The notes: generated by a model from the sequence alone, not told the origin. A DNA stretch of 64,000 nucleotides from Nitrospirota bacterium (GCA_040753615.1 JBFMDO010000014.1:2456-66455); one strand, 5' to 3'. Shown: positions 21,673 through 30,300, counted from the stretch's first letter. Made by a program: numbers and translations.

Positions 21673-21876
21673 TTACTGCACTCTTATTGTCACGAGGGGG
21701 GCAAAATCTATTCGTTTTACAATATTCCCTACAGTATCTGTCAGTGCCCTTAATGAACCTATTTGGTCATACATTAGATAATACTTTGTTCCCTCTTTTT
21801 CCATTGATACTGGCATCCTGTCATCTGCATAATTAAATCTCATTATAAGATTATCATTTTTGTCATATGTTGCCAA
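21673..21876 (-). pseudogene. Rhs/YD-repeat protein fragment
   Basis: A 67-aa ORF without a credible start. YDKNDNLIMRFNYADD...YYLMYDQIGSLRALTDTVGNIVKRIDF matches the YD-repeat pattern near Rhs/teneurin core ends. Only a fragment is present. Confidence 0.5.
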
Positions 21877-21913
21877 TAGTGTTATCTATCCTTAGTAGCA
21901 TTGTCATGTTGTT

Positions 21914-21997
21914 TTATAACACAACAATGGACAATGGATTAAAATGCAAGAAACAAGACTTGACCCCCTGATCCCCTTTTCCTTATAAGTGTTAGGC
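21914..21997 (-). other. attC-like element after the DUF2283 gene
   Basis: The minus strand starts with GCCTAAC (an RYYYAAC core) whose TAA is the DUF2283 stop codon. TAACAC pairs with GTGTTA 70 nt downstream (GTGTTATAA). It contains the conserved 19-mer. The R' core is non-canonical. Confidence 0.4.
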
Positions 21998-22216
21998 ACT
22001 TTTCCGAATCAATTTATTATCAAGTTCAAGTTCGTAGGAGAGGATTGTTTTAATGTTCATCTTCTTGGATGCATTAAGGATTTCTATTCCGACTATCTTA
22101 TTTTCAGATGTTGTATCTAAATTGACACCCTCAGAAATCTCAACGACGCCGTCAGGTTTCTGATTCCCTAATTTAATATATATGGCATCAACCTCATTAT
22201 CATAATGTACTCTCAT
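21992..22216 (-). CDS. DUF2283-family small protein (antitoxin-like partner)
   Basis: 74 aa. MRVHYDNEVDAIYIKLGN...GIEILNAS is the DUF2283 (YuzE-like) pattern. Its start overlaps the upstream ORF in an ATGA. Confidence 0.75.
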   Translation of the reverse strand: MRVHYDNEVDAIYIKLGNQKPDGVVEISEGVNLDTTSENKIVGIEILNASKKMNIKTILSYELELDNKLIRKSA

Positions 22217-22440
22217 CTTTTCCTCCCTTTCTTAAGCGGATAATTTGTTACTATGGTTGTTAAATCTTCCTCAACGAAGACAACAATCTTCAAGGGATAC
22301 TTAAATTCAGGAACATCTCTTATAATTTCATGTTCGCCTTGATGCAAATTCATGCTCTTTAAAATGTCTATTACCATTGACTCTGAAATTCCGTAAAGTT
22401 TTGCCCGCCTTTTAGCATAGCGCTAAAATTTTATTTCCAT
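22213..22440 (-). pseudogene. DUF4258-like toxin gene with in-frame TAG at codon 6
   Basis: The minus-strand translation is MEIKF*RYAKRRAKLYGISESMVIDILKSMNLHQGEHEIIRDVPEFKYPLKIVVFVEEDLTTIVTNYPLKKGRKR, with the stop at 22423-22425. It overlaps DUF2283 by 4 bp. It was absent from the ORF track because of the stop. Confidence 0.55.
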
Positions 22441-22602
22441 CAGATATTACCTTTTTAAATTATAGCTTTTTTAGCAAAAAAGAGGCAATTTTATCGCCCA
22501 ATGCCCTATGAATGATTCGTTAGGCTGAAAATCTATTTCTTGAATGGATATTTAGTCCCCTCTTTGCCAGTATACGGATTATAATTTCCTTTTGTGCCAT
22601 AA

Positions 22603-22767
22603 TTGTTGAATTTCGATTTGTCCCTTGATACGTTTGATGCCATTCAACTCTCCATATGCATAGGATTAAAACCTATTGCTCTGATCTCAAGGGATAAGGA
22701 TTTTATAAAAATCTCAAAGCAATTTACTAAAGCTTTTACACCCGAAGAATTTTTATACAGCATCTGA
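22603..22767 (+). pseudogene. Possible PIN-domain (VapC-like) C-terminal fragment
   Basis: The open frame reads LLNFDLSLDTFDAIQLSICIGLKPIALISRDKDFIKISKQF... The D-A-x-x-L...LISRDKDF part resembles PIN C-terminal motifs. There is no N-terminal half. Confidence 0.3.
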
Positions 22768-23030
22768 AGTCTTTTAATTTGCTGAAGGGAGATTTAATTT
22801 TGCTTTGTGTTCAGCATTTATTTCATTCCTGTGGACAGTCGGACAAGACACCTAATGAACTAATATGGGAAGTTTTACTATGTTTCTATATTATGCTCTC
22901 CTTGCAATTTGCAAGAAACAAGACCTGATAATATGATTCGCTCTACAAATACCTCCCCACTATACCCTGATTCATCTCCTTCTCATATGGTCAGCACAGA
23001 GTGGAGCAGCGTGCATATTATAAGTAAGGA

Positions 23031-23321
23031 TTAGGTGACTAACGGTTCAAGATCGAATTTAACAGTAGGGACAGAAATTCTTGGCGATTTGGCAATCCGC
23101 TCTGAACTTTCTATTAATTTCAAGATTAATCGTCCCACATCAGCCTTAACGACCTTCTCTCCGCAACGTGGACATACGCCTGCAGGAACATCCTCCACAA
23201 TAATAAGTTCCCCTCGCAACCAAAAATCCTGTTTGATAAGCTTTTCCTGCATTTGAGTACCACAAATCTCGCATTCTCCATAATTATATTTTGTCTTTTT
23301 TCTCATTATCTTATTCCTCAT
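23031..23321 (-). CDS. YgiT-type zinc-finger protein (MqsA-N-like antitoxin candidate)
   Basis: 96 aa with CEICG...(30)...CPRCGE, a four-Cys zinc ribbon. It overlaps the upstream DUF4258 gene by 4 bp. Confidence 0.7.
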   Translation of the reverse strand: MRNKIMRKKTKYNYGECEICGTQMQEKLIKQDFWLRGELIIVEDVPAGVCPRCGEKVVKADVGRLILKLIESSERIAKSPRISVPTVKFDLEPLVT

Positions 23322-23593
23322 AAAGCATAAGTTGTAATTAATAATAATTTCCCCGTGTTTTTAATTCTACAAATAACTGCTATTTTCCTCCCATCAATTG
23401 CAGAACCAATAACCTCATAACGTGTTCCTCTGGGATCACGTGTAAACTTACGATTTATTCGGCCATTGCAAATTGCTATTTCAATATCCTCGAAAGTAAG
23501 ATTGTCGTTAGCCATCTCTTCAAAAAAATGTGGGATTGTAAATTCATATTCCTGCCCTTTAATTTTTTCTCTTATAATATGGATAATAGCCAA
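23318..23593 (-). CDS. DUF4258-family protein (toxin candidate)
   Basis: 91 aa with FTIPHFFEEMANDNLTFEDIEIAICNG...PRGTRYEVIG...KLLLITTY, typical of DUF4258. It uses a TTG start with AGAGGT upstream. Confidence 0.7.
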   Translation of the reverse strand: MAIIHIIREKIKGQEYEFTIPHFFEEMANDNLTFEDIEIAICNGRINRKFTRDPRGTRYEVIGSAIDGRKIAVICRIKNTGKLLLITTYAL

Positions 23594-23864
23594 TAATATT
23601 GACCTCTGACATTATCATTTATAATATTAGTATAGCATAACTCATAAGCTATCATGGCATATCGTATATCGTATATTATTTCGAGTGCTTGAGAAGGGCG
23701 AAGCCTTTAGGTGTTAACCTCGATCACCATGTTATCTATTGCTGAGAGCACCCTAAAAATACAGGCAGTGGAGCTATTAAAAATATCACCTTGAACTTGT
23801 TTCAGGGTCTCGTAACACATTAATTTATCTCGATGTTGGTTTATAACGTAACAATCGCTTAAAA

Positions 23865-23937
23865 TGCAAGAAACAAGACCTGACCCCTATGCCTCGCGTC
23901 TTGCAAGAAACAAAACCTGACCCCTATGCCTCGCGTC
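23865..23937. repeat. Two tandem 37-bp units carrying the conserved 19-mer
   Basis: TGCAAGAAACAAGACCTGACCCCTATGCCTCGCGTC, then T, then TGCAAGAAACAAAACCTGACCCCTATGCCTCGCGTC. The two units differ at one position. Confidence 0.85.
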
Positions 23938-24000
23938 TTCTGTTCGATTCGCATGGTTGTGAGGTGCTTCGCACCGAGCAAACATGCGAATACTCCTCAT

Positions 24001-24090
24001 TCGCACCGTTGTTGAGCCGCGCCAGCCACAGACCTTACAGAAAACTCTGCGACGTTTCACGGCGTCGGCTCGAACAACTGGTTATGTGGC
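24001..24090 (-). other. attC-like recombination site (best candidate)
   Basis: Minus strand: CACATAAC-CAGTT-GTTCGAGCCGACGCC-(37 nt)-GGCGCGGCTCAAC-AACG-GTGCGAA. It begins 8 nt after the PIN gene stop. It forms an imperfect hairpin with unpaired bases. The inner arms closely resemble the class 1 aadA attC as I recall it. Confidence 0.6.
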
Positions 24091-24093
24091 GTT

Positions 24094-24558
24094 TTAGCTT
24101 TCAAGCTCAGCGAGCATTTCGTTGATGTTGGCACACTTACCACGAAAACTTTTCGTAACAGCCACAAGATCAGTATCTTCAGTAACCAGCGTAATATTAT
24201 TTTTGATAGCTGTCTCGGCGATCAGAGCGTCCTGAATGTTGTTTGGTTTATTTTTATTCCGCTTGTCTATCTCTGCTTTGACTTTTGAATATAGATTGTT
24301 TTCTTCGTCTCCCAGTTTTGCTTTGTCGAGCCGGGAGACATCCAAGACAAATGACTCGGTTGGAACCTCATTGTTTTCTGAAACTTCCTCGAACACAGAA
24401 ATGAGTTCTTGGCGTCTTTGGGTATTTGAAGTTGCTTTTAGTTCGTCAAGCTGAACGTGGGTTGCGCAGAAATGCGCCTTTGTGCGGAATTTAGTAATTT
24501 CAACCACACCATCGAGGATACGGTTAAAAATATTTGTATCGAACATGTAACTTGGCAT
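24094..24558 (-). CDS. PIN-domain protein (cassette-borne)
   Basis: The likely start is ATG 24558 (MPSYMFDTNIFN...), preceded by GAGGGA. The motifs are the N-terminal DTN and the C-terminal DALIAETAIKNNITLVTEDTD. Confidence 0.75.
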   Translation of the reverse strand: MPSYMFDTNIFNRILDGVVEITKFRTKAHFCATHVQLDELKATSNTQRRQELISVFEEVSENNEVPTESFVLDVSRLDKAKLGDEENNLYSKVKAEIDKRNKNKPNNIQDALIAETAIKNNITLVTEDTDLVAVTKSFRGKCANINEMLAELES

Positions 24559-24571
24559 GGTCGTTCCCTCG

Positions 24572-24628
24572 CCACATAACAAGTTATTATGTAGTTAACT
24601 CGATAATACCAGAAAGTTCTTATGTGGT
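24572..24628. other. Imperfect 57-bp palindrome at the integrase-proximal cassette boundary (attI/attC-like)
   Basis: The minus strand reads CCACATAAGAACTT...(26 nt)...ATAACTTGTTATGTGG. The GTTATGTGG end is complementary to the CCACATAAC core of the attC at 24081-24090. Confidence 0.35.
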
Positions 24629-24689
24629 CAAGATAACAAATATGAGATGCTTGACGTAACTTTTTAATTTTAGTAGATTATTTAACCGA

Positions 24690-24713
24690 CTAATATTCCA
24701 AATGGAATATTAG
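24690..24713. promoter_or_regulatory. Perfect 11-bp inverted repeat upstream of the integrase remnant (operator candidate)
   Basis: CTAATATTCCA-AA-TGGAATATTAG lies 20 nt upstream of ATG 24733. A second dyad, TTAGTTA-GAAAA-TAACTAA, overlaps it at 24710-24728. Confidence 0.4.
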
Positions 24714-24732
24714 TTAGAAAATAACTAATACC

Positions 24733-25195
24733 ATGCAAAAAGTTCCATATGATATTTGGGATCAATATGTGGCATTCCTAAATGCTAAGGTGAAAGATGT
24801 TTCGCAGCATGAAAACCTCAAAAAATGGTTTTTATACTTCTGGGACTTCCGTGCCAAATACCGTCCGCCAGATTCCAGATCCGAGCAGGTACGTTCGTTT
24901 ATCGAAAAGCTTCAGAACAAGGGACAGTCACAAAACAGGCGGCCCATGCAGTATCGCTTTATTTTGAGTCTCAGAATGCAGAGACAAAGGCTGAGGCAAC
25001 AACCCCGGCACCCAGAGAATCATAACTCCCCCTATCCCCCTCTTATCTTAAGAGGGGGATAGGGGGAGTTAATATTAAGGGGAAATTTTCAGACTTTTCG
25101 AAGATCAGGCAGGGTCATTATAGTGAATGGCGATGCCTTGAGAAATCCGGATCTCCGGCGTGGGAAAAGGTCATCTCCGAAAAAAGATACAAAAC
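24733..25195 (+). pseudogene. Tyrosine recombinase (integron-integrase-like) N-terminal remnant
   Basis: Frame 1 reads ...LKKWFLYFWDFRAKYRPPDSRSEQVRSFIEKLQNKGQSQ. It continues in another frame as KQAAHAVSLYFE, so there is a frameshift near 24930. This is the SAM-like N-terminal domain pattern. No catalytic domain is present. The remnant is interrupted by the palindrome at 25026-25068 and ends at lplA. Confidence 0.5.
25026..25068. repeat. Perfect 19-bp-stem G/C-rich palindrome
   Basis: CTCCCCCTATCCCCCTCTT-ATCTT-AAGAGGGGGATAGGGGGAG. It is related to the second hairpin of the 120-bp repeats at 54281 and 61676. Confidence 0.85.
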
Positions 25196-25987
25196 ATGAT
25201 CATGGATGACTGGCGTTTTATTGATACAGGGGCATGCGGTGTAGCCTATAATATGGCTCTGGATGAGGCTATTGCTACTTTTGTAAGAAAAGGTATCTCC
25301 CCACCAACGTTAAGGTTTTATGGATGGACCACGCCATCTGTAACCATAGGATATTTTCAGAAGATCAAAAATGTTGATATTGAATATTGCGCCCAAAGAA
25401 ACATATCTGTTGTGAGAAGATTAACCGGGGGGCGCGCGGTTTTACACTATGATGAACTTACATATAGTTTCTCTGCAAAAATAGGAAGAGGTTTTTTTTC
25501 GAAAGGGTTGTTTGATAATTATAAAAAGATCGGTTACGCCCTTGCATATGCACTATCAGCAATTGGTCTTAATCCAGAATTAAAACTAAAAAGAAAAACC
25601 TCTGGAATAAGAAATCCCCTGTGTTTTCAATCAACATCGTATGGTGAGATTACTATAAATAATAAGAAGATCATTGGTTCTGCCCAGAAACAATGGGAAG
25701 ATTGTCTCCTTCAGCAGACTTCAATACCATATTCTTTAAATAAAGAAGAAATATGTAAGGTATTCAGGTTTGAATATGGTCAAATATTAAGAGAACAGAT
25801 GCTTGGTTTAAGAGACATTTTTCCAGAGTTAAAGACTGATGATCTTAAAAATGCAATTAGGAATTCATTTGAGGAAATTTTTGGTGTAAGGTTTATCCAT
25901 GCATCTCCTTCCGAGTTGGAAATATCTTTGGCAAAAGAGACTGAAGCACAAAGATACCTGTCAGAACAATGGAATTTTAATATGTAA
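25196..25987 (+). CDS. Lipoate-protein ligase / octanoyltransferase family (BPL_LplA_LipB domain)
   Basis: Motifs are WRFIDTG, YNMALDEAI, LRFYGW, RRLTGGRAVLH and GSAQK. ATG 25196 is preferred over the GTG 25160 of the ORF track. Confidence 0.8.
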   Translation: MIMDDWRFIDTGACGVAYNMALDEAIATFVRKGISPPTLRFYGWTTPSVTIGYFQKIKNVDIEYCAQRNISVVRRLTGGRAVLHYDELTYSFSAKIGRGFFSKGLFDNYKKIGYALAYALSAIGLNPELKLKRKTSGIRNPLCFQSTSYGEITINNKKIIGSAQKQWEDCLLQQTSIPYSLNKEEICKVFRFEYGQILREQMLGLRDIFPELKTDDLKNAIRNSFEEIFGVRFIHASPSELEISLAKETEAQRYLSEQWNFNM

Positions 25988-26009
25988 TTAATATGTAATT
26001 TTGCAAATC

Positions 26010-26025
26010 TGGCACGTCTTTTGCT
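26010..26025 (+). promoter_or_regulatory. Sigma-54 promoter (-24/-12)
   Basis: TGGCAC-GTCTT-TTGCT matches the TGGCAC-N5-TTGCW consensus exactly. It lies about 20 nt upstream of the 26041/26047 start. Confidence 0.6.
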
Positions 26026-26040
26026 ATATTTTAAGTAGAG

Positions 26041-26559
26041 GTGTTTATGAACAATTTAGAAGGAAAACTGAAACTTCAGAATAGGTTATTAAAATCCGTG
26101 CTGGTTTCATTACTCTTTTTCGTACCCATTTCTCATATTAATTCTGCAGAACCCACATTAGAGAATACGTTAAAGACAGCTATGGCTGAAGAAATAAAAG
26201 TTCATACTGCACTGAAAATAGTATTTCAGACTCCAGAGCTAATTATAACTCCTGCTGACATTATTCGCGGATACATAGACATTCCAGATGCTGTTCATGC
26301 TGAAATCCAAAATAATAATCTGGCTGGTTATCTGATCGTCTTTGAAGGATTAGGCGAATACTTCAAAGAGGCAGTGGTTAAAGGACTTGGAAAAGATACC
26401 ATTATTAGCTCTAATGGCGGATGGATTGCCCAGCCTTATAATGGTAAAGACCCTGTTATGATTGAACTAAGTTTCAGGTTTATTTTATCAGAAAACATTA
26501 CTCCCGGAACATATGCGTGGCCCCTGAGTATCTCGGTCAGTCCTATAATTCCAGTATAA
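26041..26559 (+). CDS. Secreted protein of unknown function
   Basis: 172 aa with a signal peptide (LLKSVLVSLLFFVPISHINSA/EP). The C-terminus is PGTYAWPLSISVSPI. I recognise no family with confidence. Confidence 0.6.
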   Translation: MFMNNLEGKLKLQNRLLKSVLVSLLFFVPISHINSAEPTLENTLKTAMAEEIKVHTALKIVFQTPELIITPADIIRGYIDIPDAVHAEIQNNNLAGYLIVFEGLGEYFKEAVVKGLGKDTIISSNGGWIAQPYNGKDPVMIELSFRFILSENITPGTYAWPLSISVSPIIPV

Positions 26560-26567
26560 AAAATAAT

Positions 26568-26611
26568 AAGAGTAAGCCCCCCTGCTTAAAGGACCCAAAG
26601 GGCTTACTCTT
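26568..26611. terminator. Bidirectional terminator hairpin
   Basis: A 12-bp stem AAGAGTAAGCCC / GGGCTTACTCTT between convergent genes, with T-rich flanks on both strands. Confidence 0.6.
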
Positions 26612-26624
26612 TATTTAGGTTAAT

Positions 26625-26984
26625 TTATCTTCCTACGAGGATTGGTGCGTCATGACTGGAAATAATAGCTTCAGCAACCATTTCCTTGCCTGTATGGGTA
26701 GATTTTGTTATATTTTTTAGGGTATGTTCTTTCCCGCAGAGTTTTCTTCCAATATCTTCTGCGCTTAAATCTGCAAATTCTTGAGGAGTGCTTGCCCACG
26801 TAGTGGGTCCTATAATAACGGGTTGTCCCTCACTATACCCCACGAACATAACGCTTACGGTTTCATTTTTGCTGTCGTATGTAGCTGATAGTGTTCCGAC
26901 CATAGTGGAATCAGCATAAACCAATGTTGTTCCCATTATCATTAGCGATAACAGGATAGTGAATAATACCACTTTTTTAATCAT
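26625..26984 (-). CDS. Small secreted protein of unknown function
   Basis: Start ATG 26984 is preceded by AGGAGGGAG. The signal peptide is MIKKVVLFTILLSLMIMGTTLVYA/DS and the protein is 119 aa. Confidence 0.6.
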   Translation of the reverse strand: MIKKVVLFTILLSLMIMGTTLVYADSTMVGTLSATYDSKNETVSVMFVGYSEGQPVIIGPTTWASTPQEFADLSAEDIGRKLCGKEHTLKNITKSTHTGKEMVAEAIISSHDAPILVGR

Positions 26985-27015
26985 TTTTTTCTCCCTCCTG
27001 AAAACAATTATTTTT

Positions 27016-27231
27016 TTAAAATCCTCCAATTTTTCCTAAATCGAAACTATTTCTGACATCATCTTCATGGCTGATGCCTTCCCGATTTAGGACATTCCAT
27101 AATTCCCCAAATAGTTCTTCGATATTCGAAAATGTTATCTTCCTATTTATTTCAACATCCTCTAATATCCCAATAATATCGCGGGAATTAGTATCATCAC
27201 GACGATAAACACGAATAACATAACTTTCCAT
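27016..27231 (-). CDS. Small cytoplasmic protein of unknown function
   Basis: 71 aa from ATG 27231 (MESYVIRVYRRDD...GILEDVE...FSNIEELFGELWNVL). It lies directly downstream of the STAND regulator and no family is recognised. Confidence 0.45.
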   Translation of the reverse strand: MESYVIRVYRRDDTNSRDIIGILEDVEINRKITFSNIEELFGELWNVLNREGISHEDDVRNSFDLGKIGGF

Positions 27232-27308
27232 GAAATTCTCTCTTGTTTGTAAGATAATTAAGGATATCATATTAAATGTTACAAATGAGTTACGGATTAA
27301 TGAAAATT

Positions 27309-30300
27309 TTATTCAGGGAGCAAAGATTTATAAATAGCCTTTGTTTTAGTGGAAGGTTCGATGCCTAAACCTGTATAAAGAGCGCTGCGGCAACGATTAT
27401 AAATAGTCAATGCCTCTGTCTGCATGCCGAGACGGACATAACAGGACATGAGACGCTGGTAAAATTCTTCTGCAAGATCATCTACTTCAAGTCCTTTATG
27501 GTAACAATTTATAGCCTTGTTAAAATCTCCAACCTCCTCCCAGTAATAGCTTAATCTTCTGACATTTCGCAGAAACTTACTTCGCAGACGTTCACGAAAG
27601 GACACTGTCCATGGTTGGTCTATTTCTTCAGCCAGAAATAGACCTTTGTACATCTCAACTGCCTTTTCAGCTAATTGCACAGTCTTGATGTCAGTCTCTA
27701 TTATTTCTTTTTCCCATGCTTTTTCAATTTGTCCTATTATTCGCTCAAATGCCCAGACATCCACGTAGCAATATCGGGGATCTAACGTTACACGACTCTC
27801 TCGAAGCTGGATAGCCTTTTCATTGCCGATTAATTTACGAAGGCGGTGTAAAGTTGTAGCAAATGACTTATGAGCCACGTCACCTTCTGCATCCTTCCAG
27901 AGTATATCTATTATCTGTACTTCACTTACTTCCTTTCCTCCAAGTGTAATTAGCACCTTTAATAAAGCGAGCGGTTTCTTTTGCACCTTTCTTGAAAACC
28001 GAAGTGGTTTTCCGCCCTTTATTAATTCAAACCCTCCCAGAGTGTATATTTTTAACGGCCATGGCCAATTTTCTATATGGACTGGGGGAATATCAGGGAT
28101 AAGTTCACGTTTTTTTACAATATCCTTGACATATTCAACCTCTATTCCGGATTCAATAGCTTTTATGCAGAGTTTTGTCATGATAGTCGCACGCCATATA
28201 AAGATGTTTACATAACCATGCCTTTTTCCTATATCCATTGCTTTGTTAAGTAACATCAAGCCAGTTTCTTCTTCACCATGGTCAAAGGCAAATTGAGATT
28301 CGCTTAAAAAACACATAAATTCAATAAAATGGCTGTTGATTTCTTTACCAATGCGGCTTGAAAGGCGAAGCAAGTCTTCCGCCTGTTTCTGTTCTCCTGT
28401 CTCATGCATTATCTGTGCTTTTGCTAAGTAGCAAACAGCCTCATTTTGGGGGAACCCTGCATTAAATGCTGATTTTAAGGCTAAATCCGCATGTAGTAAT
28501 GCTTGTGTCATATCGTTTTTTATCAAGGCTTCCCATGTTAACAGTAAATGGTAAAAACTTTTGTTTAATGCACGGGAATTTACTATGGAGAGGGCACTCT
28601 TCTTGAGTAACTTTTTAGACGTTCCTGTCTCACCTTTACTCAGAGCATTTGCTACACCGCACCCTAATAAAAGGTCATCCATTATATGGATTTCGGTCAT
28701 GTGGGCTAATTCTATGCCATCAGATATTGTTTTTTCACATTGCTCGGGCATTGCCATTAGAAAGTAATAAAATGCTTCTACACTTTTAAGATGCAGCAGA
28801 TATAAAGGCGGAACAATACCTGATTCGATTACCTCCTTTAAAGAGTCAATCATCAGTGCTGCTTTTGCAAAATCTCCTGTAAACAGTCTGTGCCATGCAA
28901 AATATAAAAGTGTCTGCATCCTCGTGGTAATATCCTCGCAGTCCTGTGAAAGTGATAAAGCACGTTCAGCCCATGAATCAAGCTCTGGATGTTCTGGATG
29001 TCTTAATACCATGATTTTGAACATACAAGATGCTACACGGGCTTCGATCTCCTTTGAAGGGAATCCTTTAAAGCCAGTAATGGGTTCATTTAATAAAGAA
29101 AACCATTTGTCAAGACGTTTAAACACACGGTCATAAATAGTTGACTCAACTGCCGCAGTGGAAGCCAATAATATACCAGATGTATCTTGCTGGTCATTAA
29201 AAATTTTAAATGCCTGTTCAAAATATCCGTAACTTTCATCAGGATTAAATGGCATGTAGCACATACCCTTCCAGTAAAGAAGCCAAGGGGTATTTTCGAC
29301 AATATCTTTGGATAGACTGTTTATCCATCTTATAAGGGTTTTATTTTTTCCCTCTACTATCATAGACCCTGCATATCTATAAATCAGTTTGATAAGTTCA
29401 TCCCAGTTACGAGTCTCTGAGAAAAGCCTTGCTGCCTCCTCAATTAGATTAAACTCCACCAAAATTGAACTAGCATTTTGCTGTGTCCTTAAGAGATCAT
29501 CTGGCAGTAAAAAATCCTTTGCGCGTAATAAAAGGAATTCCTTAAATAAAGGGTGATACCGATACACAGGGTCCGCCTCTCCGGGTCCTAAGTATTTTTC
29601 TAAAAAATAATTATTCCGATTAAGATGCATAAGGATACGGTCTGCCATGTGATGACCAGTAAGATTTTCAGCCATTTTAGAAGTAATTTGTGGTAGAAAC
29701 GCAGTCTTGAGCAAAAAGTTTCTAATTTCTTCATCTGCATTTTCAAAAACCTCTGTCGAAAAATAGTCAAATATCTCTTCAGGTATAAATTCATTAAGCA
29801 GGTGAAGATCAATCTTTTCTTTTCTTGCCCTCTCTAACATCAATACAATACCCGCTACCCAACCATCTGTCTTGTTATATAAAGATTGAATTATGTCTTT
29901 CGAATATTTTCCTAATCTCTTTCTGACTATCTCATCCATTTCTTTCAGTGTAAATTTGAGTTCGTTCCAGCCTATAACCGCAGGCAAATAGTCTGTGCGC
30001 ATTCGTGCCAAGACAGGAGGGATATCGCTACGGCTAATAAAGATGATATTTATATTTAGAGGAAGTTCGCTTAATCCAATTTTAATCACCTCTTGAAATA
30101 ATGATTTTGACTGTACATTTTGGTAGTTGTCAAAAACCAATATAAACGGGTAGGGTAGTTTGCCGTAAAAATTATCAAAATATTGACGGGCAAATTTGGA
30201 GATGTCTTTCTGGCATTCAGGAGTAAAAATAGGTAAAGGAATATTTTTCTGTTTTTTAATCTTTTCAGCCTTCATACTCATGTAATTAAAAAAGTTTCCT

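Noticed and set aside
21562-21753. A 63-aa ORF (+) across the riboswitch region.
   Set aside because: It overlaps the Mn2+ aptamer on the opposite strand and the Rhs fragment. It has no start context and no similarity pattern.
23865-23937. The tandem 37-bp repeats as a CRISPR array.
   Set aside because: There are only two directly abutting units, no spacers and no cas genes in the window. A duplication within an attC-like spacer explains them better.
23889-24125. A 78-aa ORF (+), MPRVLQETKPDPYASRLL...
   Set aside because: It is composed of the tandem repeat plus the attC-like hairpin read on the wrong strand. It overlaps the 3' end of the PIN gene.
24825-25025. A 66-aa ORF as an independent gene.
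   Set aside because: Its KQAAHAVSLYFE segment continues the integrase N-terminal domain from the adjacent frame. It is treated as part of one frameshifted pseudogene.
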